From: Haemophilus parainfluenzae
GTDB lineage: Bacteria > Pseudomonadota > Gammaproteobacteria > Enterobacterales > Pasteurellaceae
Assembly: GCA_018378615.1 (NCBI GenBank)
Contig: JAGZXE010000004.1
Span: forward strand, 4,749-68,748
Length of the DNA stretch: 64,000 nt
Direction: 5' to 3'
Positions within the stretch are counted from its first letter, which is position 1, and every line of letters starts with the position of its first letter. This document shows, in pieces, positions 45,525 to 58,600 of the stretch. The translations under genes and the position numbers were made by a program. A model generated the notes under the pieces. The model was not told where the DNA came from, did not search any database, and saw nothing but the letters and a program-made list of their open reading frames with translations.

Positions 45525-46616
45525 ATGCGTGTTTCTGACTTTCATTTCGACTTACCTGATGAGCTTATTGCTCGTTACCCTAAAGAAGATCGCTCTTCTT
45601 GCCGTTTGCTACAGCTTAATGGCGAAAACGGGGAAATTTCTCACCGCACTTTTACCGATGTATTGGATCTAATTGACGAAGGGGATTTGTTGATTTTTAA
45701 CAATACGCGCGTAATCCCCGCTCGTATGTTTGGTCGTAAAGCCAGCGGCGGGAAAATTGAAGTATTGGTGGAACGTGTATTAAGTGGACACCATTTCTTA
45801 GCGCATATTCGTTCGTCAAAAGCTCCGAAAGAAGGCGCAGAATTATTTTTAGGCGAAGATAAGCTGGGTGAGAATAATGGCGTAAAAGCGATTATGATCG
45901 GTCGTCAAGATGCGCTTTTTGAAGTGGAATTAGCGGATAAAAGTCTCAATGTGCTTGATGTGTTGCAAGAAATCGGTCATATGCCTTTGCCACCTTATAT
46001 TGATCGCCCTGATGAAGAAGCGGATCAAGAATGCTATCAAACTGTGTATAACAAAGTCCCAGGTGCAGTGGCTGCGCCAACGGCTGGCTTGCATTTTGAT
46101 GATGAGCTTTTACAAAAACTACACGAAAAAGGTGTCAATTTTGAATTTGTGACTTTGCACGTGGGCGCCGGTACATTCCAACCCGTACGTGTTGAAAATA
46201 TTGAAGATCACATTATGCATGCGGAATATGTGGAGCTTTCTCAAGAAGTCTGCAATGCCATTATTGAAACGAAGAAAGCAGGTAAACGTGTCATTGCGGT
46301 AGGTACAACATCAGTGCGTTCTGTTGAAACCGCTGCTCTATCTGCAGAAGAAAATGGCAACCCAGATTTAATTGAACCTTATTTTTCTGATACGTCTATT
46401 TTTATTTACCCTGGCAAATCATTCCGTGTGGTGGATGCATTAATTACCAACTTTCACTTACCGGAAAGTACATTGATTATGTTGGTGTCTGCCTTCGCAG
46501 GCTTTAGCCACACCATGAATGCCTATAAAAGTGCGGTCGAAAATCGCTATCGTTTTTTCAGTTATGGCGATGCGATGTTCATTACCAAAAATCCCAATGT
46601 GAAAGGGTTAGAATAA
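45525..46616 (+). CDS. queA: SAM:tRNA ribosyltransferase-isomerase
   Basis: [21 protein letters not shown] and FFSYGDAM. Confidence 0.98.
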   Translation: MRVSDFHFDLPDELIARYPKEDRSSCRLLQLNGENGEISHRTFTDVLDLIDEGDLLIFNNTRVIPARMFGRKASGGKIEVLVERVLSGHHFLAHIRSSKAPKEGAELFLGEDKLGENNGVKAIMIGRQDALFEVELADKSLNVLDVLQEIGHMPLPPYIDRPDEEADQECYQTVYNKVPGAVAAPTAGLHFDDELLQKLHEKGVNFEFVTLHVGAGTFQPVRVENIEDHIMHAEYVELSQEVCNAIIETKKAGKRVIAVGTTSVRSVETAALSAEENGNPDLIEPYFSDTSIFIYPGKSFRVVDALITNFHLPESTLIMLVSAFAGFSHTMNAYKSAVENRYRFFSYGDAMFITKNPNVKGLE

Positions 46617-46660
46617 GTGGTTTGACTTATTTTCAACCAACTCATAAAATACCTATCAAG

Positions 46661-46684
46661 AAGCCTGTACTAACAGGCTTTTTT
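46661..46684 (+). terminator. Terminator-like hairpin between queA and tgt
   Basis: AAGCCTGT-ACTA-ACAGGCTTTTTT. Confidence 0.7.
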
Positions 46685-46719
46685 ATTGAACAACAACCTA
46701 CGAACTGTTTATTCGTTGA

Positions 46720-47877
<1,158 letters not shown>

Positions 47878-47883
47878 TTAATG

Positions 47884-47924
47884 AAAGTGCGGTAGAAAAA
47901 TGAAATGCTTTTTGACCGCACTTT
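47884..47924. repeat. Inverted USS pair
   Basis: AAAGTGCGGT...ACCGCACTTT. Confidence 0.85.
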
Positions 47925-47940
47925 TAACAAAGGAAACCTT

Positions 47941-48453
47941 ATGCAAATCCTTGAACCTCAGCAATTTGCCACTTGGAATGAACCGATTGATATGCTTTAC
48001 GCCTGTCATAGCAAAGTGAAACGCTTTTGTAAGCAGCTCACCATTCTTCCAGGCTATTTAGAAAAGAATGGCGTGAATCAAGCTGTATTAAATGATGTGA
48101 AAACCATTTTGCAGTATTTTAATCACGCGGCACCACTTCATCATGATGATGAAGAAAAAGACTTCTTCCCCGCTTTAATTGAAAAAGCGCCTCAAGCAAA
48201 AGAATCGGTGGATGAATTAGAACGCCAACATGTTACTTTGCATGAAAATTGGGCAAAGCTTTCGGAGCAGCTAGAAGAATTAATTGCAGAGAAACGTACT
48301 GATGTAGATGAAAGACTGATTACGCTATTTGTGGCGAGCTATGATAGACACATTGCCCTTGAAGAGCCGCTATTTGAGCTTGGTAAGCAATATTTATCAG
48401 CAGAACAACTCACTGCTATGGGAAAAATTATGTTTGCTCGTCGCCAAGCTTAA
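47941..48453 (+). CDS. Hemerythrin/HHE cation-binding domain protein
   Basis: ACH, HHDDEE, QH and HIALEE metal-ligand pattern. Confidence 0.85.
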   Translation: MQILEPQQFATWNEPIDMLYACHSKVKRFCKQLTILPGYLEKNGVNQAVLNDVKTILQYFNHAAPLHHDDEEKDFFPALIEKAPQAKESVDELERQHVTLHENWAKLSEQLEELIAEKRTDVDERLITLFVASYDRHIALEEPLFELGKQYLSAEQLTAMGKIMFARRQA

Positions 48454-48456
48454 ATC

Positions 48457-48684
48457 ATGAAATATCAATTAAATTTGACCGCACTTTCCTGCCCGATTCC
48501 GCTTTTAACAGCGAAGAAGGCTTTGGCAAATTTAGCGCCAAATGATGAATTAGTTTTGCAATTAAATCGTCAAAGTGCGGTAGAAAATTTTGTTGTTTTT
48601 TGTGAAGAAAATCAATGTGAATTAGTGGATCAACATTGGCTTTCCGAGCAAATCTTCGAAGTTTGCTTGAAAAAAATCAATTAA
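48457..48684 (+). CDS. TusA/SirA family sulfurtransferase
   Basis: 75 aa; [11 protein letters not shown] (CPxP motif). Confidence 0.85.
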   Translation: MKYQLNLTALSCPIPLLTAKKALANLAPNDELVLQLNRQSAVENFVVFCEENQCELVDQHWLSEQIFEVCLKKIN

Positions 48685-48787
48685 TTCCAAAATTCTAGTT
48701 GTTATTGCCTTCATCGGCTTTTACTGAATGCCGTTTTATGGTATTTTACGCACACTTTTAACTTTTCATTTTTATAAGGAAAACACA

Positions 48788-49078
48788 ATGGAAGCACAAA
48801 GCCCAATGTCCACGTTATTTATTTTCGTGATCTTCGGTTTAATTTTTTATTTTATGATTTACCGTCCACAAGCGAAACGTAATAAAGAACACAAAAAATT
48901 AATGTCTGAATTAGCGAAAGGCACTGAAGTATTAACCGCTGGTGGTTTGATTGGTAAAATCACTAAAGTAACCGAAGGTGCTGAAATTGTTATCGCTTTA
49001 AACGATACCACTGAAATTACGATTAACCGTAACTACATCGTTTCAGTATTACCGAAAGGTTCTGTAAAATCTCTCTAA
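48788..49078 (+). CDS. yajC: Preprotein translocase subunit YajC
   Basis: YFMIYRPQAKR; upstream of secD. Confidence 0.96.
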   Translation: MEAQSPMSTLFIFVIFGLIFYFMIYRPQAKRNKEHKKLMSELAKGTEVLTAGGLIGKITKVTEGAEIVIALNDTTEITINRNYIVSVLPKGSVKSL

Positions 49079-49101
49079 TTTAAATTCCTAAAGGGAAAAC
49101 T

Positions 49102-50952
49102 ATGTTAAATCGTTACCCATTATGGAAGAATCTAATGGTGATCCTTGTGGTCGCCATTGGTGCTTTATACTCTCTTCCAAATATCTATGGTGAAGATCCA
49201 GCGGTGCAAATTTCCGGTACTCGCGGACAACAAGCAGACACCACCGCATTAACTGAAGTACAAAATGTACTGAAAGAAAATAACCTTCCAACCAAATCTA
49301 TCGTTCTTGAAAATGGCTCTATTCTTGCCCGTTTCAACAACACAGATGACCAACTTCTTGCCAAAGATAAAATTGCAGAAAAACTTGGCAACAACTACAC
49401 CACGGCATTAAACCTTGCACCCGCAACACCGGCTTGGTTAAGTAGCATTGGTGCAAATCCAATGAAATGGGGTTTGGACTTACGTGGTGGGGTACGTTTC
49501 TTGATGGAAGTGGACATGAATTCTGCTTTGGCTAAACGTCAAGAACAGTTACAAGACACATTACGCGGCGAATTACGTAAAGAAAAAATTCAGTTTACCG
49601 CAATTAAAAACGGCGACAAATTTGGTACAACAGTCACATTAGAAAACGCTGACCAAATGTCAAAAGCAGCGCGTATTATTCGTCAGTTACACCCAACATT
49701 AGAAGTGTCTGATATTGGTGACAACACCTTAAATCTTGCCCTTTCTGAAGCGTCATTAACAGAATCACGTAACTTAGCGATCGAGCAAAACTTAACGATT
49801 TTACGTAAACGTGTTGCTGAGTTAGGCGTAGCTGAAGCGGTTATCCAACGTCAAGGTGCAGAACGTATCGTAATCGAATTACCGGGTGTTCAAGATACTG
49901 CGCGAGCAAAAGAAATCTTAGGAGCAACCGCAACACTAGAATTCCGCATTGTGAATTCGTTGGTGAACCCAGAATCAGCAGCGCGTGGTATGTTACCTTC
50001 TGACACAGAAATCAAATATGACCGTCAAGGTAGACCTGTTGCACTTTACAAACGTGCGGTATTGGGTGGTGAACACATCATCAACTCAAGCTCGGGTTTA
50101 GACCAAAACACCAGTACGCCACAAGTAAGTGTAACCTTGGATAGTGAAGGCGGCGAAATCATGTCGCAAACCACTAAGAAATACTACAAAAAACCAATGG
50201 CAACCTTGTATGTAGAATACAAAGACAACGGTAAAAAAGACGAAAATGGCAAAACCATTTTAGAGAAAAATGAAGAAGTCATTAACGTCGCAACCATTCA
50301 AGGGCGCTTTAGTTCTAACTTCCAAATTACGGGTGTAAGCAGTTCTGCAGAAGCACAAAACCTTTCTATGTTATTAAAATCAGGTGCATTAATTGCTCCA
50401 GTGCAAATTGTAGAAGAGCGTACAATCGGTCCTTCTCTTGGTGCACAAAACGTAGAACAAGGTATTGATGCAAGCTTCTGGGGCTTAATTGCAGTCATTG
50501 TCTTCATGCTAGTTTACTATAAAGTCTTTGGTATTATCGCAAGCTTTGCCTTGGTGATTAATATCGTTTTATTAGTCGGTTTGATGTCTATCCTACCTGG
50601 TGCAACACTCACCATGCCGGGGATTGCGGGTATCGTATTAACCCTGGGGATGTCGGTGGATGCCAACGTACTTATTTTTGAACGTATCAAAGAAGAGATT
50701 CGTAATGGTCGTCCAATCCAGCAAGCCATTAACGAAGGTTATAACGGTGCATTCACCTCTATCTTCGATGCGAACTTAACCACAATTTTAACGGCAATCA
50801 TTCTTTATGCTGTGGGTACCGGCCCTATTCAAGGCTTCGCGGTAACCCTTGCATTAGGTGTGGCAATTTCAATGTTTACAGCGATTACTGGAACACGTGC
50901 TATCGTGAACTTCCTATACGGTGGTAAACGTCTTGAAAAATTATCAATTTAG
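49102..50952 (+). CDS. secD: Protein translocase subunit SecD
   Basis: GLDLRGG, IGPSLG and VDANVLIFERIKEE. Confidence 0.98.
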   Translation: MLNRYPLWKNLMVILVVAIGALYSLPNIYGEDPAVQISGTRGQQADTTALTEVQNVLKENNLPTKSIVLENGSILARFNNTDDQLLAKDKIAEKLGNNYTTALNLAPATPAWLSSIGANPMKWGLDLRGGVRFLMEVDMNSALAKRQEQLQDTLRGELRKEKIQFTAIKNGDKFGTTVTLENADQMSKAARIIRQLHPTLEVSDIGDNTLNLALSEASLTESRNLAIEQNLTILRKRVAELGVAEAVIQRQGAERIVIELPGVQDTARAKEILGATATLEFRIVNSLVNPESAARGMLPSDTEIKYDRQGRPVALYKRAVLGGEHIINSSSGLDQNTSTPQVSVTLDSEGGEIMSQTTKKYYKKPMATLYVEYKDNGKKDENGKTILEKNEEVINVATIQGRFSSNFQITGVSSSAEAQNLSMLLKSGALIAPVQIVEERTIGPSLGAQNVEQGIDASFWGLIAVIVFMLVYYKVFGIIASFALVINIVLLVGLMSILPGATLTMPGIAGIVLTLGMSVDANVLIFERIKEEIRNGRPIQQAINEGYNGAFTSIFDANLTTILTAIILYAVGTGPIQGFAVTLALGVAISMFTAITGTRAIVNFLYGGKRLEKLSI

Positions 50953-50962
50953 GTAGGATAAG

Positions 50963-51937
50963 ATGAGATTATTTGCAAAAGATAAAAACGGACATTTTAT
51001 CCGTGAAGTGAATGGGATTAAATTGCCATTCCCTCTCACTGAATTTATGAAAGTGAGATTTGTAGGGTATGCATTTTCCGCAATTTTAATGGCGATTTCC
51101 CTCTTCTTCATTGTGACAAAAGGCTTCAACTGGGGCTTGGATTTTACCGGTGGTGTGGTATTTGATACTCACTTCTCACAACCGGCTGATTTAGAAAAAA
51201 TCCGTGGCACATTAAATCAAAATGGGATTGCAAGCCCGATTGTACAAACAACGGGTTCTGTACAAGACGTGATGATTCGCTTACCGGCTGACAATAACGA
51301 TTCTGCTATTGGTGATCACGTTAAAAGCATGCTCCAAACAATTGACCCTAATATTCATATTAACAGTATCGAATTCGTCGGTCCAAACGTTGGTGAAGAA
51401 CTGGCTCAAGGTGCGGTTTATGCGACCCTTGCAACCCTAGCAATGATGTTAATTTACGTGGGCTCACGTTTTGAATGGCGTTTAGGTTTTGGTGGTATTG
51501 CCTCACTTGCGCATGACGTGGTGATTACACTCGGTGTATTCTCTGCATTACAAGTCGAAATGGATTTAACCTTCGTGGCGGCGATTCTTTCCGTTGTAGG
51601 TTATTCTATCAACGATAGTATCGTGGTATTCGACCGTGCTCGTGAAAACTTCCGTAAAATTCGCCGTGTAGAAACCATCGATATTATTGATATTTCCTTA
51701 ACGCAAACCTTATCGAGAACCATCATGACATCTCTCACAACGCTTCTTGTTGTGATTGCCTTGTTCTTCTTTGGTGGTCCATCAATTCATAACTTCTCAT
51801 TAGCGTTATTAATTGGTATCGGTTTTGGTACTTATTCATCAATCTTTATCGCGATTGCGATTGCTTATGATATCGGCCTACGCCGTGAACATATGATTCC
51901 ACCAAAAGTGGATAAAGAAGTAGATGATTTACCTTAA
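50963..51937 (+). CDS. secF: Protein translocase subunit SecF
   Basis: GLDFTGG and GYSINDSIVVFDR. Confidence 0.98.
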   Translation: MRLFAKDKNGHFIREVNGIKLPFPLTEFMKVRFVGYAFSAILMAISLFFIVTKGFNWGLDFTGGVVFDTHFSQPADLEKIRGTLNQNGIASPIVQTTGSVQDVMIRLPADNNDSAIGDHVKSMLQTIDPNIHINSIEFVGPNVGEELAQGAVYATLATLAMMLIYVGSRFEWRLGFGGIASLAHDVVITLGVFSALQVEMDLTFVAAILSVVGYSINDSIVVFDRARENFRKIRRVETIDIIDISLTQTLSRTIMTSLTTLLVVIALFFFGGPSIHNFSLALLIGIGFGTYSSIFIAIAIAYDIGLRREHMIPPKVDKEVDDLP

Positions 51938-51954
51938 TCTATTAAACATCAGAT

Positions 51955-51988
51955 AAAAAGAAAGCCACCATAACGGTGGCTTTTTTAT
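51955..51988. terminator. Bidirectional terminator after secF
   Basis: AAAGCCACC-ATAAC-GGTGGCTTTTTT. Confidence 0.85.
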
Positions 51989-52019
51989 TGCTAAAATTAT
52001 GACATTTTATGACCGCACT

Positions 52020-53059
52020 TTAGTCGTTTACATCACCTAATAAAGCCGCATATTTCTTCGTTGATTCAGAGCTTTCTAAGGTAATTTTAAACGCCATTGT
52101 TAGCGGCACTGAAAGTAACATACCGACTGTACCGAGCAACCATCCCCAGAAAAGCAACGAAAAGAATACGACCAAGGTAGAAAGTCCTAAGGTTTTCCCC
52201 ATCATTTTCGGTTCAATAATATTACCAATCACAATATTGGATGCAATAATACCAGCTGTCACGCCCATACCTACACCAAATCCATTCAGTAATAACGCTT
52301 GAACAATAATAGGCACTGCGGCAATAATCGAACCAATATTCGGAATGTAATTTAATAGGAAACTTAACGTCGCCCATAAAATGGCATATTGGACATCCAT
52401 GACATCCAACAAAATCCACGTCGAGACGCCGGTAAGCAGACTAATCACCGTTTTCACACCAAGATAACTAATCACACCGTCTAAAATACGATCGATGTGA
52501 TGTTCTTCCGCGACAACATCATGTTCATTATCACTTAAAACTAAAGCAAGTTTATGCTTCATGGTTGGTGCTTCAAGCAGCATAAAAATCACCGCTAAGA
52601 TCAACACAAAAACATTCGTCACCACACCAGAAAAGTTTAATAACAAACGGCTCACAAAGTTCATGATCACACTTGGATCAAAATGCTCCATAATGGCTTC
52701 GCGAGAAATTACAATCGGCAATTTCAGTTTTTGAGCTAACGCCATGATGTCATTTATACGCTCCGAAAGCAGCACTTTATATTGCGGAATCGAGCGTGTA
52801 AATTCTTGCACACTGCTATTAATTAATCCCGCCAGGAAAAAGAATACGATTAAAATTAAGATAAATAACAAGGCAATAGCAATACCATGCGGCACTTTGC
52901 GTTGTGTCATCGCTTTAATCACTGGCGAACAAATAATGGCGATAAATAATGCCAATAAAAAAGGCACGACAATCTCTGCTGCCAGTTTAATTCCCGCAAA
53001 CACTATCACTAAAGCCGCCATAGCGACTACAGTGCGGTTAAAATTTAAGTTTTTTTCCA

Positions 53060-53060
<1 letters not shown>
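52020..53060 (-). CDS. AI-2E family transporter
   Basis: LNYIPNIG, GNIIEPK and FWGWLLGTVGMLLSVPLT. Confidence 0.92.
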
Positions 53061-53993
<933 letters not shown>

Positions 53994-54060
53994 TTTTATC
54001 CTCATTTTTATACGCAATAAATAGCGTCATTCTACCCTATTTTATCTTTTACCAAAGCAT

Positions 54061-54094
54061 AAAAAAGCCATTTAGCTTTCACTAAATGGCTTTT
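54061..54094 (-). terminator. clpB terminator
   Basis: AAAAAAGCCATTTAG-CTTTCA-CTAAATGGCTTTT. Confidence 0.85.
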
Positions 54095-54105
54095 CATTTT
54101 ATAGC

Positions 54106-56676
54106 TTATTGTCTGGCTTGAACTTTGCCGTCAGTATAATCAACGGTTACCACTTTACCTGGTAATAATTGACCAGATAGAACTTGTTGTGCCAAGCTGT
54201 TTTCGATCTCTTGTTGGATTGCACGTTTTAATGGACGCGCCCCATAAATTGGGTCGTAACCCACTTCACCAATGAAATCTAATAACGCTTCGGTAAACAC
54301 TAATTCGTAACCACGGGTTTCCATACGTTTTGCTAAACGTTCTAATTGGATGCTTGCAATCGCACGGATATTTTCTTTGCCAAGTGGGTGGAATACCACA
54401 GTTTCGTCAATACGGTTGATGAATTCCGGACGGAAATGTTGGCTCACCACTGACATCACTAAGGCTTTCATTTCTCCATAGCTTTCGTCTTTGCTACCTT
54501 GGATCAAATCAGAACCCAAGTTAGAGGTCATAATCACGACTGTGTTACGGAAGTCCACAGTACGGCCTTGACCATCAGTTAAACGGCCATCATCCAACAC
54601 TTGTAATAAGATGTTGAATACATCCGCATGGGCTTTTTCCACTTCATCGAGCAAAATTACAGAATATGGACGACGACGTACCGCTTCAGTTAAGTAACCA
54701 CCTTCTTCATAGCCTACGTAGCCTGGAGGCGCACCCACTAAACGAGATACGCTGTGTTTTTCCATAAACTCTGACATATCAATACGCACCATCGCATCTT
54801 CACTGTCAAAGAGGAATTTCGCCAACGTTTTGCAAAGCTCTGTTTTACCTACCCCCGTTGGTCCTAAGAATAAGAATGAACCAATTGGGCGGTTAGGATC
54901 TGAAAGTCCAGCTCGGCTACGACGAATTGCGTTCGCGACAGCATCTACCGCTTCTTCTTGACCGATCACACGTTTATGCAATTCTTCTTCCATGCGTAAG
55001 AGTTTTTCTTTCTCTCCTTCCATCATTTTAGAAACTGGAATGCCGGTTGCTTTAGAAAGTACTTCCGCAATTTCTTCATCTGTCACACGATAGCGTAATA
55101 GGCTCATTTCTTTGCCTTCACCGGTTTCAGCGGCAGCAAGTTGTTTTTCCAATTCAGGAATACGACCGTATTGAAGCTCAGACATTTTGCTTAAATCGCC
55201 AGCACGACGTGCTTGCTCCATTTCAGTTTTCGCTGCATCTAACTCTTGTTTGATGTGTTGAGAACCTGAAAGCGCTGCTTTTTCTGACTTCCATACTTCT
55301 TCAAGCTCAGCATACTCACGTTCTTTGTCAGAAAGTTCTTTTTCTAACATTTCTAAACGTTTACGGCTTGCTTCGTCTTCTTCTTTTTGTAACGCCTGTT
55401 GTTCCAATTTTAATTGGATGATACGGCGTTCAAGACGATCAAGCGGCTCTGGTTTAGAGTCAATTTCCATACGGATGCTCGAAGCAGCTTCATCGATTAA
55501 GTCGATGGCTTTATCCGGCAATTGACGATCGGAAATATAACGATGTGAAAGTGTTGCCGCTGCTACGATTGCTGGGTCAGTAATATCTACATGGTGATGG
55601 ATCTCATAACGCTCTTTCAAACCACGTAAGATCGCAATGGTATCTTCTACACTTGGTTCATCTACAAAGACTTTTTGGAAACGACGTTCAAGCGCCGCAT
55701 CTTTCTCGATATATTGACGATATTCGTCTAACGTTGTTGCACCCACACAGTGTAATTCACCACGTGCTAAACTTGGTTTTAATAAGTTACCCGCATCCAT
55801 TGCACCGTCAGTTTTACCTGCACCAACCATGGTATGGATTTCATCAATAAAGAGGATCACGCGACCTTCTTCTTTTGATAACTCATTTAAAACGGCTTTT
55901 AAACGCTCTTCAAATTCGCCGCGGTATTTCGCACCGGCAATTAAGGCGCCCATATCTAAAGAAAGGACTCGTTTATTTTTCAAGCCTTCTGGCACTTCAC
56001 CATTGACAATACGTTGTGCCAAACCTTCCACGATAGCGGTTTTACCTACACCAGGCTCACCGATTAATACTGGGTTATTTTTGGTACGACGCTGTAATAC
56101 TTGAATCGCTCGACGAATCTCTTCATCACGACCAATCACCGGGTCGAGTTTACCGCTTTCAGCACGAGCGGTTAAATCAATTGTATATTTTTCAAGAGCT
56201 TGTCTGCTTTCTTCTGCATTTTGATCGTTCACGCTTTGTCCTCCACGAATATGTTGGATCGCTTGTAGAATTTGTTCTTTTTTCGCACCACATTTTTTCA
56301 AAATGTCATTTAATGCGCCTCGCTCTTCAAGCGCCGCTAATAAGAACAATTCACTGGAAATAAATTTATCTTGTTTTTGTTGAGCTAATTTGTCACATAA
56401 ATTCAATAAGTTAAGCAATTGACGGGAAATTTGCACATCACCGCCATTACCCGACACTTGTGGCAATTTATTCAATTCGGCATTTAATTCATTACGCAAT
56501 AATGCCACGTTCACGCCACTGGTCGTTAAAATTGGTGCAATTGAACCGTCTTGTTGATTTAAAAGTGCGGTCAATAAATGCACTGGTTCGATAAACTGAT
56601 TATCTTTACCTAGCGCCAATGATTGTGCTTCACTGAGTGCTTGTTGGAATTTTGTGGTAAATTTTTCAATATTCAT
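54106..56676 (-). CDS. clpB: ATP-dependent chaperone ClpB
   Basis: Two AAA+ modules ([16 protein letters not shown]) and a middle coiled coil; 856 aa. Confidence 0.98.
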   Translation of the reverse strand: MNIEKFTTKFQQALSEAQSLALGKDNQFIEPVHLLTALLNQQDGSIAPILTTSGVNVALLRNELNAELNKLPQVSGNGGDVQISRQLLNLLNLCDKLAQQKQDKFISSELFLLAALEERGALNDILKKCGAKKEQILQAIQHIRGGQSVNDQNAEESRQALEKYTIDLTARAESGKLDPVIGRDEEIRRAIQVLQRRTKNNPVLIGEPGVGKTAIVEGLAQRIVNGEVPEGLKNKRVLSLDMGALIAGAKYRGEFEERLKAVLNELSKEEGRVILFIDEIHTMVGAGKTDGAMDAGNLLKPSLARGELHCVGATTLDEYRQYIEKDAALERRFQKVFVDEPSVEDTIAILRGLKERYEIHHHVDITDPAIVAAATLSHRYISDRQLPDKAIDLIDEAASSIRMEIDSKPEPLDRLERRIIQLKLEQQALQKEEDEASRKRLEMLEKELSDKEREYAELEEVWKSEKAALSGSQHIKQELDAAKTEMEQARRAGDLSKMSELQYGRIPELEKQLAAAETGEGKEMSLLRYRVTDEEIAEVLSKATGIPVSKMMEGEKEKLLRMEEELHKRVIGQEEAVDAVANAIRRSRAGLSDPNRPIGSFLFLGPTGVGKTELCKTLAKFLFDSEDAMVRIDMSEFMEKHSVSRLVGAPPGYVGYEEGGYLTEAVRRRPYSVILLDEVEKAHADVFNILLQVLDDGRLTDGQGRTVDFRNTVVIMTSNLGSDLIQGSKDESYGEMKALVMSVVSQHFRPEFINRIDETVVFHPLGKENIRAIASIQLERLAKRMETRGYELVFTEALLDFIGEVGYDPIYGARPLKRAIQQEIENSLAQQVLSGQLLPGKVVTVDYTDGKVQARQ

Positions 56677-56729
56677 ATGCTTATCTTCTCCTGATTAAAT
56701 TCTTGGGGTCATCCCCTTTACGAGTTATT

Positions 56730-56757
56730 AAATAAGACCCTTTTTTGGTATTTCAAG
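56730..56757 (-). promoter_or_regulatory. Putative sigma-32 promoter of clpB
   Basis: Minus strand CTTGAAA-N13-TCTTATTT (-10 is degenerate). Confidence 0.6.
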
Positions 56758-56811
56758 AGAAAAAATCAACAATTTTTAATTTTTTCTATCAAACTTTACT
56801 TCTTGATAGGT

Positions 56812-57384
56812 TTAAGCGACTAAGATTTGATGAAGTGGCACGTCCCACGCTTCAGTTGGAAGCTGTTCGACTTGCTGACATTGATGGGCTAATCCCACAG
56901 GGATAAAAGAAGAATTTCGCCAATTTTGTAAGGTACGATCATAAAAACCACCGCCCATGCCAAGGCGATTACCTTGTTTGTCAAACGCGACGAGTGGTGT
57001 AAAAAGAATATCTAATTCCTCTAAAGGCAATACGCTCTGAACATTGAGTTTTGGCTCCCAAATGCCAAATTTATTTTTCAGCATCGGTGTATCTGGCAAA
57101 TAACGTAAAAACAAAAGATGGTTAGGATTGAAAGGGTGTAATACTGGCAAATAAACGTGCTTATCTTGTGCCCAAAGGGTTTTGATAAGTTTCTCTGTGG
57201 AGATTTCACCATCAAAGGAAACATACAAGGCAATATGCTGCGCATTTCGTTCTTCAATTAATGCGAGAGCTTGCTGAGTGATGGAATCTTCCGCCTGTTG
57301 TTGCTGAAGTGCGGTCAAATTTGCTCGTGTTTTACGAATTTGTTGACGGAGTTGATTGCGAAGCGTTTGCTGTGTTGATTTCAT
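56812..57384 (-). CDS. fau: 5-formyltetrahydrofolate cyclo-ligase
   Basis: PLVAFD...GNRLGMGGGFYDR; follows 6S RNA; true start ATG 57384. Confidence 0.94.
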   Translation of the reverse strand: MKSTQQTLRNQLRQQIRKTRANLTALQQQQAEDSITQQALALIEERNAQHIALYVSFDGEISTEKLIKTLWAQDKHVYLPVLHPFNPNHLLFLRYLPDTPMLKNKFGIWEPKLNVQSVLPLEELDILFTPLVAFDKQGNRLGMGGGFYDRTLQNWRNSSFIPVGLAHQCQQVEQLPTEAWDVPLHQILVA

Positions 57385-57410
57385 TCGATTAGAAAGAATG
57401 GACTTTAAAG

Positions 57411-57607
57411 GAAGGTCCCAGAGTGCCGCTACGAGTAGTAGTCCTTGAACCCGACGGTCCAAGGAAACCGGTAAGGCCATTTTTAGGTTTCTTTAGTCCA
57501 ATGACAAAGTCAAAGGTCAAGCCTACACACCAATGGCGGGAAACCGATTTATAAAGTTCTAAGTATCGGCTCAGGGACATAACCCATCCACGAACACCCC
57601 AGGAAAT
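57411..57607 (-). ncRNA. ssrS: 6S RNA
   Basis: About 197 nt starting ATTTCCTGGGGTGTTCG, with CCCTGAGCCGATA and CCTTGGACCGTCGGGTTCAAGG; complementary ends; directly upstream of fau; ends approximate. Confidence 0.92.
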
Positions 57608-57699
57608 CTTTTAAATTTATACTAGCTCAATTTGATTGGTTTGACTAGCCTTTATTTGAATAATTTTGCTTATTCAAGCACGTCCCAAAAGGGATGGGA

Positions 57700-58491
57700 T
57701 TATTTTTTAACCGGTTGAATTAAATCAGACTCTTCCGGTTTTTTCACGTCCGCAAATTGTTTATCTTTATTCGCATCGATGACTTGTTGAGTTTGACTCG
57801 CTAATTGTTGTAAACCCATTTTTTCATAGGCTTCTTTCATTAAGAATAAACCTTCGTAAGTCGCTTTGGCATCTGGATATTGTTGTAACATACCCACTAC
57901 ACGGTTTGCTACAGCTACCCATGCATCACGTTTTGCATAGAATTTTGCAATTTCTAATTCATGACGAGCTAATGAATCTTTGATGTATGCCATACGTGCT
58001 ACTGCATCTTGTGAATATGGGCTATTTGGGAACGCACGCACTAAGCTTTGGAAGTTTGAAAACGCCGTTTTCATTGAAGTGGTTTCACGCGTTGCACGAT
58101 CAATACCAAAGAAATCTTGGATCATGTTATCGGCCGTTGCTAAGTTAGTTAAACCCGCCATATACACTGCATAGTCACGGTTTGGACTTTGTGGGAATTG
58201 ATGTAAATAGTTATCTACAGTGACCAACGTTGCGGTGTAATCTTGTGTTTTATAGTTTGCATAAATTAAATCAAGCATTGCTTGCTCTTGGTAAGTACTA
58301 CCAGGGAAGCGCTCTGTTGCCGCTTTTAAATAACGAATCGAGTCAGAATAGCTCCCTTCTTGCAATGCTGCCGCCCCTTTTGCATAAAGATCATCAACAG
58401 AAGCTTGTTCCACTTCTTTATTACCACTGCTACAAGCTGCAATCGCGAATGAGGTCAATGCAATAAGTCCAAGAGATTTTATTTTACGCAT
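57700..58491 (-). CDS. bamD: Outer membrane protein assembly factor BamD
   Basis: Lipobox IAAC; TPR-like repeats; divergent from rluD. Confidence 0.95.
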   Translation of the reverse strand: MRKIKSLGLIALTSFAIAACSSGNKEVEQASVDDLYAKGAAALQEGSYSDSIRYLKAATERFPGSTYQEQAMLDLIYANYKTQDYTATLVTVDNYLHQFPQSPNRDYAVYMAGLTNLATADNMIQDFFGIDRATRETTSMKTAFSNFQSLVRAFPNSPYSQDAVARMAYIKDSLARHELEIAKFYAKRDAWVAVANRVVGMLQQYPDAKATYEGLFLMKEAYEKMGLQQLASQTQQVIDANKDKQFADVKKPEESDLIQPVKK

Positions 58492-58600
58492 TCTTTTTTC
58501 CTTAATTTTTACGAAAATCAATAAATAAGTTACAATTAACGAATATTGTATAGAACATTACACAATAAGCCAACTTTTTAAATTTTTAGATGGATTTTTT

